Assembly (NCBI RefSeq): GCF_006345805.1
Contig: NC_042997.1
Location: 48,794,001 to 48,858,000 of the forward strand
DNA: 64,000 nt
Direction of reading: 5' to 3'
From: Octopus sinensis
Lineage: Eukaryota
Of the stretch, positions 40,430 through 53,754 are shown piece after piece. Within the stretch, counting starts at the first letter, position 1. Every line of letters starts with the position of its first letter. Under the pieces are notes generated by a model, which was not told where the DNA came from, did not search any database, and saw only the letters and a program-made list of their open reading frames with translations. The translations under genes were made by a program, and so were the position numbers.

Positions 40430-40903
40430 TAACTTAAAATTGTATGATAGATTGCCGTCAATTCATTCTCTCTTACCTGTTTGTGTCTGCCTTCCAATTG
40501 CTGTTTTTACTGAGATCTCCTTTTTAGTAGAAGAAATAGCTATAACTCTTTGACTGCTATTTCTAAATTCGGTATGTGGTAAGGCAATTCGTTGCTAAAA
40601 CCTTTATTGCTTAGTATTACTTAAATTTTCCTCGAATGAGGCTTTTACATGCCGAAGACTACTTGGTGTAATTGATAATTATTCCAAATTAATTAATTTC
40701 ACCCTTCATTATTACGGATAACTATATATATATATATATATATATAAATATATATGTGTGTGTGTGTGTGTGTGGTGTGTATTTATATATGCATACATAC
40801 ATTCATTTATATACACACGCGTGTATATATATATATATATGTGTGTGTGTATGTGTGTATATATTTATATATACATACATACATTCATTTATATACACAT
40901 GCT

Positions 40904-40955
<52 letters not shown>

Positions 40956-41164
40956 TATACATGTGTTTGTACCTGTGCGATTCTATATATGTATGCTACT
41001 GAATGTTGAATACACCAGCGTACAATTACTAATTAGATTGGTCACAATATAAGTAGCTTTCTAAACATAAGTGTCTTAAAAAAAGAATTAATGAAGACAT
41101 CACTGTGCAAACTTAGCAACAACACGCATCATATATTTATTTTTAAAAATTCACAACAAAATGA

Positions 41165-41211
41165 AAATGACGATGATGATGATGTTGTTTTTGTTGATGA
41201 TGATAGTGGTA

Positions 41212-41243
<32 letters not shown>

Positions 41244-41275
41244 GATGATGATGATGATAATGATGGTGATGATGA
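41165..41275. repeat. (GAT)n/(GGT)n microsatellite
   Basis: Direct reading. Confidence 0.95.
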
Positions 41276-42203
41276 TCTATACCTTGATATTTTAAATTGT
41301 TAAATTTATTTTTATTTCCTTGTTCTTTCCATTCTTTACCAGTTTTGTAACTCTCATCTAATTAATTTTTTACCTTGTTTCTTTTAATTAACTACCAAAG
41401 TATATGATTTCACATTTTCTACCTTTTTTATATTCCTCATATATATATGTGTGTGTGTGTGTATGTATCTATGTATATAGTATATGTATTTATGCATGCA
41501 TGCATGTACGTATGTATGTATGTATGTATGTATGTATGTATGTATGTATGTGTATGTATGTATGTATGTATGTATGTACGTATGTATGTGTTTATACATA
41601 TAATTTTTCACTTACAAGTAACTAGTTTATTTAAGAATCTACAAAAAAAATACTATTTGAAATACTTAAATAGAATCGTTTATTTTGGGATGTAAATGTG
41701 TATTTCTATTGATTCCTGTTTCTAATTAATCATTCTTCCTAACTTACACATCGGTAACGAAATCATACAACAATTATAATATAAAACCGGTTAACGAAGA
41801 AGAAATTATGGAGCAACTTTAAAAAGCAACTTTAAAAATATGACAATACAAGAAAAAACCATCAAGACAAAATAATGAAAGACAAATGCAATAGAATAAT
41901 AAAAACGGAAGGAAGCAATAATGAATGGAATAGCGCAAAAATATTAAAGCATTGACAGCAACAATTATTATGAAACATTAAGAATACACTATGAAGTCTT
42001 AGGACAATTATTTTTCCTTGTTTTCGACGAAAGCGTAGGAGTTGAGGGTAAATGAAGCATTTAACAGGTTAAAATAACGATCTAATTTAAATGGCCTCAA
42101 GAAGAAACAACACAGCATTAAATACCCCAATTCCATTAGTAAATGTAATATATGTGTATGCTTACAAGTACATATATATATACATTTCTATATTTCTATA
42201 TGG

Positions 42204-42254
<51 letters not shown>

Positions 42255-42607
42255 TATAAATATCGTTAAATGGCATAGTATATGACAATGCCACACCAGT
42301 ATTTCTAAAATAATTCTTTGTTGTCGGAATTGATTGCATGATTATAAATTACATAATTTGAAAACTGTTATTTTTCCGCAATAGATTTTTGTAATATTTC
42401 TGTTTGGCTCTATTCTATACAACAATATTTTTTTCTTTTATATGAATACGTAAGTAGATGAATATCGTATATGAGGATGCGTAGAGTACATGTATGTGCG
42501 AAAATGTGTGCATAAATACACATACACAAACACATACAGATATATATATATATATATATATAAATATATATATATATGTATGTGTATGTGTATTCATATA
42601 TATATAT

Positions 42608-43713
42608 AACTTAGAATAACTTAGAAAGGTTTTGGCCAGTATTGGCCCAGGCCATGTCTAAATTAATAGCACCACCTGGCGAAGTCTTTCAGTTCAGGAT
42701 TTGGGCACCAAGGCCCATTCGAGCAGAGAGTTATTGTTTGCGGAGACATATCCGGGTGTGGGTGGTTTGTCCGGTACTGTTTAAAGGAATTTGTCCAAAG
42801 ACATCTTGAATTTTGTGTGGTCAGTTTTTTTTTTTGACGTGTCCTGGTGTAATGTTGAAGAGAGCGGGTCCAATTGAGGCGAAATAGTTGTGCCGTATTG
42901 TCGTTATGTGATGCGATTTAGATTTTTGTTGTGGACGGATGGCACGTGGTCCAAGCCTTGGATGCATTTTGAAGGTGATGCCAACATCATTCGGACAGTG
43001 CTGGTGGAATATTTTCCACATCATACAGATAATGTAGCGTTCACGGCGTCGTTGGAGTGAATACAATTTCAGCTTCTCTAGTCTACCCCAGTAGTCAAGG
43101 TCTGACATGCCATCTATCTTTTTGTGATTGACCTTTGGGGAGCTTCAATTCTCATAATATTTTGTTTTGTGTAGGGAGACCACAGTGGACAGCAGTATTC
43201 AAGGTGGGGTCGGGCAAAAGTGGAGAAGAGAAGGATAATAGCGTGGGAATCTCTCGACTGGAAGGTTCTGAGAATCCAGGAACACATTCTGCGGGCCATG
43301 TCAACTTTGCTGCTTATATGTGTAGCCCAGCTTATGTTGTTGTCCACTGTTACTCCCAAGTCTCTGATGTTGTTGGATGCCATGAGAATTTCTCCAGAAG
43401 GAAGAGAGTATGGGAGTTTCAGAGCGTCCTCCCTTCCAAAGTGGATCAGTTCGAATTTGTCTTCATTTAGCAACATGTTATTCTTTTCCGCCCATTGGAC
43501 AACAGCCAGTAGGTCTGACTGAAGGATTATTCGGTCATCCACGCCATTGATGACCTTCTGGAGCTTGGAATCATCAGCGAAGGTTCTGATGTTACTGTGT
43601 TTGATGGTGTCAGTAATATCATTTATGTAGATGATGAAGAGAAGTGGGCCCAACACAGTGCCTTGTGGGACACCACTGCTGACTTTGGCTGGGCTGGATT
43701 TGACTCCTTCGAC
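42608..43713 (-). mobile_element. 5'-truncated CR1-type LINE (RT domains through 3' tail)
   Basis: SGVPQGTVLGPLLFIIYIND..FADDSKL..RPHLEYCCPLWSP..LYSLQRRRERY; tail TCTAAGTTA repeats; within (TA)n. Confidence 0.93.
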
Positions 43714-43919
43714 TATATATATATATATATACATGATTGTATGGACATTCACGCATATATACGAACACATGTATATACATATTTCCATATATATATATAC
43801 ACATACATGTGTGTATATATATGTATGTATGTATGTATGAACATACATACATATATATGAACATATATATATATATACATACATACATATATATATATAT
43901 ATATGTATATAATTATCTG

Positions 43920-43954
<35 letters not shown>

Positions 43955-44022
43955 GCATATATACATACATATATATATATGCATACACGCATACATACAT
44001 ACATACATATATATATATATAT

Positions 44023-44372
44023 TAGACAGAATGAGACAACAAATCCACGGCTGTGAGGAGTTTTCAGGACGTTTATAAGGAAATAATCTTACAGGTGTTT
44101 CTGGGATATTATGGATAGCCTTCAGCAGAGACGGTGGGAGGAGGTTAAATAGAGGAAATATTTGAGTTCGAATTATTATGGAAAACGTGGAGATGGGGAA
44201 TACAGAGGGAAATAAGAGAATGAAAGTAGAAATAAGATATATAAAATATATAAAGATACTGTAGTTGCAGTTCCATACATTATCCCAGGAACAGCTGTAA
44301 GACTATTTCGTTATAAATGTCCTGAAAACGTCTCACATCCTTGGTATTGTTATCTCATTTTGTCTAATATAT
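44023..44372. repeat. Inverted pLTR-type repeat (44023-44105 vs 44283-44372) with hammerhead remnant on the minus strand
   Basis: attagacagaatgagac...ttacaggtgtttctggga mirrors tcccaggaacagctgtaag...ctcattttgtctaat; minus strand GTCT-CTGCTGA...GAAA-CACCTG-TA-AGA; same family as 700-1040. Confidence 0.8.
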
Positions 44373-44482
44373 ATATATGCATGCTAATACTAGACCCACA
44401 TTAGACTCCTCACATGTATCATTATCGAACCAAGAGTTTAACTACTTATTTTATTTATTCTTAATTTGCTTTCGTTAAGAAT

Positions 44483-44899
44483 ACTCTCTCTTTTACTCTT
44501 TTACTTGTTTCAGTCATTTGACTGCGGCCATGCTGGAGCACCACCTTTAGTCGAGCAAATCGACCCCGGGACTTATTCTTTGTATACCCAGTACTTATTC
44601 TATCGGTCTCTTTTGCCGAACCGCTAAGTGACGGTAACGTAAACACACCAGCATCGGTTGTCAAGCAATGCTAGGGGGACAAACACAGACACACAAACAC
44701 ATACACACACATACATATATATATATACATATATACGACAGGCTTCTTTCAGTTTCCGTCTACCAAATCCACTCACAAGGCATTGGTCGGCCCGGGGCTA
44801 TAGCAGAAGACAGTTGCCCAAGATGCCACGCAGTGGGACAGAACCCGGAATCATGTGGTTGGTTAGCAAGCTACTTACCACACAGCCACTCCTGCGCCT
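44483..44899 (-). mobile_element. SINE family A copy
   Basis: Near-identical to 33828-34242. Confidence 0.92.
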
Positions 44900-45859
44900 A
44901 TGATACCTCGGCTTACCCTTATTTTCTGTCTTGTATCTCTTTTATACCCAGTATGTAACTTATGGTTTTTCAGAATGTTAGATTTTTAATTTTACGTCTA
45001 TTTTTTTCATTTTACAAATTCTTTATTGAAATTTTATATAAATATTTCTATCTTTTATTTTTCTTAGTTTATTTTATTTGGTCTTTTGTATTATATTATA
45101 TTATTACATTTCGTATTTTGTATACCTACTTACCCTCGTATATACTGGTGTAACTTCTATATATTGTGAAGGGATTTGCAACTTCTTTCTATAGTTGATC
45201 ATGGTATATTATTATACAATATGGTATTTATATTTATTTTTCTGTATTTACATTTTATAATTATGTTATGATATTTTTCTGTATACATATGTGGTATCTT
45301 TATACCTTCTTATATCCTTTAAGATCTTTTCAGAATGGTGGAAATGTTTATATAATTTTATATTTTTTTCAATGTTCCTTTAAATAAGTTTATCTCTTAT
45401 AGAATTACTTATCTTTTTTAGTACTTAATCTTTAGTTTTCAGACAATAGAAAGTATGTACTCCTTCTCAGATGAAATCTGAATTAGATAATGGGTTTATT
45501 GTTGAATAGTTTTATAATGACCACCTTAATAGTTTGCTAGGGTGAAGCATTATGAGATTACTATTTTATATAAAAGTAACCCCCTTTTTAGGGCTTAGAT
45601 TTTTTTTATCTATCCTTCTCTTACTTGGTCCTTATACCTCTTTTAAATATAATAATGTATTAATAATAATATAAAAATTTGGCTAAATTTGGATATACAG
45701 TTTTCCCACTGTAACCTTAATACCCACTTAGATTTCATTTAGGCCCCTTTCAATCGATAATCATAATATAGTTTAAGTTACCCCTGTCCCTCCTCTTTCT
45801 GGTTATCCCTCGTATACCATTATCTTGCTTGCATCTTCTGTGTCTTGATCTTTTATGTC

Positions 45860-46350
45860 GACATGGCGAATTTATAGTCTCAATAAAATAAGTGTAGCGA
45901 AGAGTATCTGACGGCGGGAAATAACATCACTGGGTGAGACAAGCTGACACTGAATTAGCTTCGCTGACTGACAGGTGACGGTCGTTTAGAGAATGCGTGG
46001 GCTAAGACTACGCGCCTTCATTGGTCAGTTAAAGTTGAGACAGTGTCACGTGACAACTTGCTGGGGCTGCCTGCTGGAGCCTATGCGGCAGGTATTTAAA
46101 GGGAAAAAATTGACAAGACAATTAGTCGCCGGCTGACACTCGTTCACGCTACACCCAAGAGGCCAGGGAAAGAAGACATGCTTCCAACACCAGAGCTGAA
46201 GACACCTCCGAACGTGGTGGGGTCACGTCAAAACGGTAGAGGAGTAGGGGCCGAAACCGGACGTGGTTCCTCCTGATGATGTCTTGAGCTAACTGGATCC
46301 TATAAAGGAGCTGTTGTGGTAGCAGACTACGAAACACGGTTGTAATTCCC
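45860..46350 (+). promoter_or_regulatory. Promoter-like GC-richer segment (probable PLE pLTR) with two hammerhead-like cores
   Basis: ATTGG (reverse CCAAT) ~46020, CACGTG ~46047, TATTTAAAGG ~46093, then CTGAAGA(~46176)...GAAACCGG and CTGATGA(~46273)...GAAAC..GTA; stem I pairing is poor. Confidence 0.35.
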
Positions 46351-46887
46351 CACCAGCTACAAGAACTGTCAATTCCTAAAGGCTTTTAATTTTAAGGGGA
46401 TGTAGAATACTTGCTGGATTGGATCTTTTGATTGTGATAAGGATAAAGATGAATGTCGCTATATCACCGCTACACTTTCTTGACCACCATTGTTATTTTC
46501 TTCTGCCACTCTAAATTATAGTAGGCTTTAGGTATTTTCTCACTAAGTTCATTCTCCTACAAAAATAGCAGTAAGTATTGTAATTCTTTTTTCTGCAATT
46601 CTAATGAAAAAATTGCTAAAAAAAAATATAATGGAGTATCCTGTATGCTGAAAACCTATATGGTCTTATGCAACCTAGGAGAGCAGTTTATTTCAAATTG
46701 ATGTAATGCTTGCATTGATCAGTTAAATAGAGTCCCTTGAAACGCCCGTAATGCACTATTATCTGGAATCCTTGTTACTTATTTGCTTTTTACTCTCATA
46801 ACTTCGAGCTGTGCGGACAATACTGGACTGTCTTGTTCCCTCAAATTAAGCACCTAAGTCAAGTGAATCTTAATTATTTCTCATACA

Positions 46888-46924
<37 letters not shown>

Positions 46925-46928
<4 letters not shown>

Positions 46929-47455
46929 TGGCTTCCCCCTCGTTATCAAGTATGGCCATTGCACGAAGCTTAATCAATGTTGATTTTTTTAAAGTGAGGA
47001 AAGGCTGTGCACTGAGTCAATCCCACTCACTAAGCAACAGCAGCCATAATAATCCGAAAACAAGAACAAGTCAACATCATTGGTAACCACTGAGCTGCAG
47101 TTTTTATGTCGGAGTTATTCCAGTTACCTGAGTTACCTTCTCCTAGAAGGATGCCCTAACAAAGGCTAGGAGTCCTTCACTCCCAATGGTTTAACTGCGC
47201 GATTGGGTATTCAGTCCGATTATTTCTATGTCCCCGCGCATGATACTGCCTTAAGACATTTATTGGATGGCTGTTGACTCTCAAAAGTTCCTCTGCCCTT
47301 TGACGGGTTTTGTTTTTCATCTCGCAGGGTGTCCAATAAACACCCTCAACACCAAGCAAGCTTGGTGGGGTAGCCGGTTTAGTCGCCGACGGCCCGACCA
47401 TGCAACAGGTTGTACTGGGTCACGTGTTACCAGTAGCATTCGAAAGTGACCTGAC
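46925..47455 (-). mobile_element. Non-coding element resembling an RTE-type 5' UTR
   Basis: Minus-strand TAGCCTTTG..GGCA.CC..CTAGGAGAAGG.AACTC and GGCGACTAAACC.GCTACC motifs recalled from RTE 5' regions; flanked by (TA)n. Confidence 0.35.
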
Positions 47456-47501
47456 ATTATATATATATATATATATATACATACATACATATACACATAT
47501 A

Positions 47502-47667
47502 CTAGCAGAGGCACCAGGCGTTGCCCGGAATGAAACTTTTCCTTACATATTGGAAGAAAAAGCAAAATCTGTTGTATAGAAATTTATTACTCTAAATTTA
47601 ATTTATTCTTAAATTGGGATGCAAGTCTTTCTTTAATTAGGAAATCAATTTTGAATTCATAATACAA

Positions 47668-47721
<54 letters not shown>

Positions 47722-48780
47722 CGAAAATACAAAACTTTCCTCTTTTGTGAAAGGAGATAAATTCTACCACATATGTTGATGGAAATTATGTAAGTGCTTC
47801 TGGGTAAACAACATTTTTTTCTGATTTGGGGCATAGACAAATAAATCTTGTAAACTACCTACCCTGGAGCAACCAACAAAGTTGACCATGAGAAAAGCAA
47901 GCCAGTAGATTTCAAAGACTGACCTTGAGCTTTATTAGTAGACATTGCAAAGGAAAGTCGCACTGAGAAATGCCTCAAATGGCATGTCTGTTGGTTTGAC
48001 TGGAATTCTTGGAACTAAAACCGCTTCCCCAGAGGCACATCCAGTGATGATGGTAGCCTCTATCACATTAGGTGATAATGTCTTCACAATCAACCTTGTC
48101 CCATCGCATAATTTAGTGGGATCTAAATTTTTTAGAAGCACTATTGGGACTCCTACCTTCTGAAAAGTTTATGTGGCGGAATTCCAGGTGGTTCAAGAGA
48201 ATTAAGGATCTCCGTTGGGTAATAGAGAGCTTGATTTTCATCAAGGACTGAATCAACTGATTTGTACTTCTTAATGACTGTTGGAATCTTATTCATTAAT
48301 TCATGGTTAATTCTTGCTACTGTGCCATTTTTTTGGAGTCAGAATTGCCATTTCACACAACTATTTATGTGAATAATAATTATTACTTAAGTCTGGCAAT
48401 ACCCTGTACTTCAGTTCAGCTGATGAATTCACCTTGTGCGCAATATGATCCAAACTGATACCGCCATTCCCATCAAATGGTACTTTCCCATTTCGTATTT
48501 GGAGGAGGCAGGTTGAAAAGTATTTTTCACATTGGTCCCCGTGTAATGAAGCTGGCACGTTATTATTGAAGGAGAATTTCAGTACTTTATTCCATAGGTG
48601 TGGAGACTTAATGCATGCTTTTATTTCATCAGATCTTGGTCTCCGGGAAATCCACTCCACATTCTCTCCCGACTTTCATTGAAGTGATAAGTGTCTGAAA
48701 AACCCTGAATGAAGGAAGAGCAGGTTCTAACAATTGCATGTCTATCTCTCTAACATCACACATCAAGAATGCCAAGGAGC
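47502..48780 (-). mobile_element. Helitron 3' fragment with degenerate PIF1-like helicase
   Basis: RPRSDEIKACIKSPHLW and LLKNLDPTKLCDGTRLIVK..NVIEATIITG..VLVPRIP..TDMPF; 3' hairpin CCGGGCAACGCCTGG (47528-47514) and CTAG|T at 47505-47501. Confidence 0.9.
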
Positions 48781-48804
48781 TAATTACCCAAGATATTCTT
48801 TTGT

Positions 48805-49095
48805 TCTTTTAATTGTTTCAGTCATTTGACTGCAGCCATGCTGAAGCGCAGCCTTGAAGGGTTTCAGTCGAACAAATCAAGCCCAAGACTTATATTTTTA
48901 TCGCCTAGTTACTATTCTATCAGGCTGTTTTGCCGAACCGCTAAGTTACGGGGACGTAAACACATTAACACCCGTTATCAGTCGGTGATGGAGGGTGGAC
49001 AAACACAGTCTTCTTTCAGTTTCCGCAAACCAAATCCACTCACAGGGCTTTGTGCCCGCAGTGGAGCTTAACCGGGAAGCATGTGGTTGGGAAGA
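48805..49095 (-). mobile_element. Older, internally deleted SINE family A copy
   Basis: gtttcagtcatttgactgc tail, gccgaaccgctaag core, caaatccactcaca and catgtggttgg segments. Confidence 0.8.
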
Positions 49096-49996
49096 TATAA
49101 TTACTTTCTGAGAGACTAAATTTCTAGCTAGACAGAAATTGTTACACAGAGCTTGTATAGCATTATAACATTATACCCAAGCTGCATGCAAACGCCACAT
49201 ATCATGACGCAGTGAAAGCCTTATACAAAGTTAATCATGCAAGATGTCAGAGGCTGTAGTAATTTGAAATTGATGATATACTAATAGAGTAGCTGCAGGA
49301 TTTTGTCAAGCAGATTCTTTTTGTAAATATTCAATAAATGAGAGTAGAATACTTCAGGGAAATATCTTGCACTCATTGCTGTTTGTTATAGCGTTCCAAA
49401 TCGTTTTTCTCAAATTGGACAAACAACCATTCTCACTTGTGATGATGCCGATATAAAAATAAAAAGTAAAAAACAAAAAAATGTTGCTTATTACCAAACC
49501 TCAATACTATACGCAAATGAGCACATAAAAATACCTTACAATTTAATACTGAACAGATTCAAGCATTTCGCTATCAACTCCCCAGTGTATCGTATCCAAG
49601 ATACAGAGGAACAGTAAAAATTGTCGTTTTTTCATCACAGTCAAGTGCATGGTATGTCAATTAAAATGAGTAATGATGCGTTATTTCATATGCATTTTCT
49701 AAAGTGGCAACGGTGACTGTATTGTGGATATTGTGAAGGTTTCATTTCTCCTTATTCAACTAGATTATTTCTCCCACTTTCGCTACACATTACCAAGCTG
49801 ATATAAAGAACGGAAACATTCAAGAATCCTACCAATACACAGCAGGAAGACCATATTTGTGAAACTAAATGCAAGAAGATTCACTTCCTACAGCAAAGAA
49901 TAGAAATATATGTAGTATGTGTGAGCGTAAATGTGTGTGCATGCGTACGTGCGTGCGTATGTGCGTGCTTGAGTGCGTGTGTGTGAGTGTGTGCGT

Positions 49997-50052
<56 letters not shown>

Positions 50053-51416
50053 TGTGTGTGCGTGCGTGTGTTGATTATTAGCGACGGAAGCAGTATTAGC
50101 AACAAACGGAAATTTCTATATCCAATTTAATGTGGATGAACACCGAAAACTGCTCTATTCATCTTGAGATATCCCCTGTTATATGTGTATGGTGCCTCAA
50201 ACCATAGAGATAAACCATGGCAGACAGGAATCGTCTGTTATGGCCGCCAGGACTCCCATATCACGTTATTTCATTCAACTGGAAATCATCAGTGGAAGGC
50301 GTTCGGTTATTTCATTCCAGTCAACTCTCGCTACTGCGATATGTAGAATATCAGCATCCTTTCAGGAACTGCTGTCACAAATAGCCAGCAGGCTTTTTAA
50401 AAATTAGCTATTCGCGATGGAAGCAGTATTAGTACCCAAAGTTAATCTTCATATCCAACTTAGCATGGATGCTTTGTAAAGACGCCCATTACTGCATTAT
50501 TATCCTTGACAGATCTTCTCACATGAGCGTATGGTCCATAAAACCAGTCATATATGCCTTTGGTATTAATACAACTGCCATCGATAATAATAATAAAGTT
50601 TAAAGTAAGCATGTATATGAGCATAATTTATTCTTTTAAATATGTATGTATATAAATTGACCTTACCTTTTTTACTCTTTAGTATATAAATTAGGACAAG
50701 TACGCTAACGAAGTTATTCATGAGAATGTATCACTCTATGTGGGTATGTGTGTGCTCGTGTATATGAATGGTTCAGTGCTATAGTGACAAATGACTCTAA
50801 GCCTTTAAATAGATAAAACCTAAGCTTATTGTCGAAATATGTATCCGTCTAACTATTGAACGAAATACCGCTTAGAGGATCATTAAACATCTATTTAATG
50901 AGGCAAACCGCTACATAACTTGACAACTAAGTGATAAGGTAATTTTCCAAACTGAACCGGAAAAAATCACTTCACTAACTCAATACTCGGCACTGAATGT
51001 TTTTTTTTCTTATGCTATTTACATGCATTCACGCCCAACTTGTGAAGTATATATTAAGGTTTTCTTTCAGTTCGTTCAACATATTATTTGATAGGCATTT
51101 CCAAAAACTCTCATTCTTTAGTGAGTTATCAAGTTTGCTCAATCAAGAGTTGCCTAAATTATTACAGAATTTGGCAAGATTGATTGTATTGAACTAAGAC
51201 GAAAACAATTGTAAATTTTAGTAGCAAAATTATTTGCTAATTCCATTCCTTTTATTTGTCATAGTAAAAGCTCTATGGATAGTCGTAGATTCTAAGACAT
51301 TTCTTGGTAGAACAAATGATCTCCAGTTTACAGTTGCATCTGATAGCCAATATCTGTGGATGAGTATAATAGGGTAAACAACCAGGGTTACTTATCCCAA
51401 TGTAATTATTATAATG

Positions 51417-51470
<54 letters not shown>

Positions 51471-51472
<2 letters not shown>

Positions 51473-51845
51473 AGGCGCAATGGCCTAGTGGTTACGGCAT
51501 CGGACTCTCGGTCGTAGGGTCACAGTTTCGATTCCCAGACCGGGCGTTGTGTTTATTGAGTGAAAACACCTAACACTCCACGAGGTTTCGACAGAGGGGG
51601 TGGCGAACCCTACTGTACTTTTTCACCACAACTGTCTCTCACTCTTTCTACCTGTTTCTGTTGTACCTGTATTTCAAAGGGGCCAGCCTTGTTACACTCT
51701 GTCACGCTGAACCTCCCCGAGAACTACGTTAAGGGTACATTTGTCGGTGGAGTGCTCAGTCACTTGCACGTTAATTTCACGAGCAGACTGTTCCGTTGAT
51801 CAAATAATCTGGAACCCTCGTCGCCGTAACCAACGGAGGGCCACA
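51471..51845 (+). mobile_element. tRNA-derived SINE (family C)
   Basis: GGAGGCGCAA-TGGCCTAGTGG (A box 51481-51491), GTTTCGATTCC (B box 51525-51535), non-tRNA body and tail; head shared with 62277-62586. Confidence 0.9.
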
Positions 51846-51853
51846 ATAATATT

Positions 51854-51909
<56 letters not shown>

Positions 51910-52937
51910 CATATAAATGATACAATTTAAGAACAAACATTGAATTCATGTTAACGAACTTTATATACCCATGCTTCTACACTTCATTACACACAAATAA
52001 TACCATGGCTTTCAAATGTCAAAAGAAAAAAAAACAGATAAAAAGCATATATAAAAGCAATAAAATACACAGGACCTGCCTAGAAAATGTATATAAAATC
52101 TAGTCTAAAATGTAAAGAGAAAAGTATATAAAATAAAATTATCCCCAACAATGAAATATTTATATAAAATGTAAAAGTCAGTATAGTCGTATACACTTCC
52201 CACTAAAAGCACCATACTCATGTGGTTGAGAGACGAAACCATTATCTCAGTGTCTGATAATTTCCTTCAAGCTGGTTAATTTTATATTTAAAATTGAGCT
52301 TCAACATTTATGGAAAAGCAAACTTTTACAGGACAATATATATTGTTATGTTTTTAATTTGGCTTTCTTATTCTGCCAACAACGACAGAAATGTCTGACA
52401 GCAAAGAATAAAACAAAATGGATACTAATGATCAGTGGTTGTTCTCTGTCAGTCAACTGAACCATTTAATAGTAAATTAACAGATCGTGTACTTCCACTG
52501 TCAAGCGAAGTCATACCTGAAAGGCGTATTCACCATTTACTATGCAGTAAAATCATTTAATGGCTTCGTTCGTTACTATTTCTTTCCTTCTTCAGCTACA
52601 TCTTCCAGTTATCTTCAGCACAACAACAACTATGCCTCCTATTCATAATTGTTTTATTGTACTTTTTGAAAGCAAAATTTTATCCTTTCACAAACTGTAT
52701 TAATGTTATTTGATATTTTAATATGAATTGAGTGTCTTCACAACTATATTAACATATGAAATTAGCTATTAATGTAGGCGCGTATTAGATTCAGCTCTCT
52801 CTCTCTCTCTCTCACTCTCTCTCTTATCTATTTCTCTACACACACATATATATATATATATATATTAATCATATATATATAATATATATATATATATAAT
52901 ATATTAATATATATATATTATATATACATATATATAT

Positions 52938-52968
<31 letters not shown>

Positions 52969-53087
52969 CATATATACATATAATAAACATACATATATAT
53001 ATACATAATATGCAATTATTATATATTACTATATATATACTATGTATTTATACATAGTATATATAAATATACATATATATATTCATA

Positions 53088-53121
<34 letters not shown>

Positions 53122-53429
53122 CACATTTATATATATGTGTGTATAAGTATAAATATACATTATATATATATATATATATGCATACTATATATATATACAT
53201 ATATATACATACATATATGTGTGTATATACATATATATATATATTATATAATGTTATCTATTATATTTTCTATATTTGTCGGGGTGTATAGCCTACTAAT
53301 GCAATTAATCTTCATTTGCATATTTATATGCAAATGTCTTCGTGTATGTGCTAGGAGATATGAATTGAAATTTAGTAAGCAAATTGCTAAGGAATGAACA
53401 CTTAATCTAGAAAGCAAGTTTGCACTTAC

Positions 53430-53647
53430 TTCTTGCGTTTGTTTTTGCACTACAGCCAAACAGATGCCAATTCGATTAAGGTTGAAAAGGATTTTGGTAA
53501 ATATGTAAAGCAGAATCACCATAGGAACTCTTCTCAGATTTACAAAATAGGATGATGGAGAGAGGCATATGTAGAGGAATCGCGTTACATAACGGAAACG
53601 TCTGGAATGCAAGCCGGAAAACGTAGTTGTGGTGTTCATTCCTTTCT
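53430..53647 (-). CDS. Candidate internal coding exon (218 bp), hydrophobic peptide
   Basis: Acceptor ttatcttaccaatattctAG, donor GAA|GTAAGT; the phase-1 to phase-0 frame is open throughout (KGMNTTTTFSGLHSRRFRYVTRFLYICL...ICLAVVQKQTQE). Confidence 0.5.
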
Positions 53648-53754
53648 CTAGAATATTGGTAAGATAACCTAATCTGTTCCAATCCGAACCACGGTATAAG
53701 TTACATAACTATGTGAGCCCGCACATACCACTATATATATATATTTTTTTTTTT

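Larger units (their letters stand above)
38804..40722. repeat. Fold-back array of a ~590-bp hammerhead-bearing unit (arms 38804-39763 and 39767-40722), retrozyme-like
   Basis: Unit restarts tactaagc at 38804 and 39392; the sequence inverts at 39764-39766; the second arm is the reverse complement of a ~1.6-mer; (TA)n flanks. Confidence 0.95.

Noticed and set aside
38804-40722. The fold-back as a pure missing-adapter or chimeric-read artefact
   Set aside because: The arms are offset and the right arm contains permuted unit sequence where the left flank has (TA)n, and older diverged fold-backs exist nearby. Not fully excluded without raw reads.
50083-50470. GC-richer block between two diverged ~55-bp direct repeats (gga.gcagtattag...tatccaa.tta..tggatg)
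   Set aside because: No consistent open frame with splice sites, no TSD or LTR termini; identity unresolved.
51471-51545. tRNA gene calls for the SINE heads (also 62510-62586, the family-A heads and 63500-63567)
   Set aside because: A/B boxes are present but no complete cloverleaf or terminator was seen, and each continues into a repeated SINE body.
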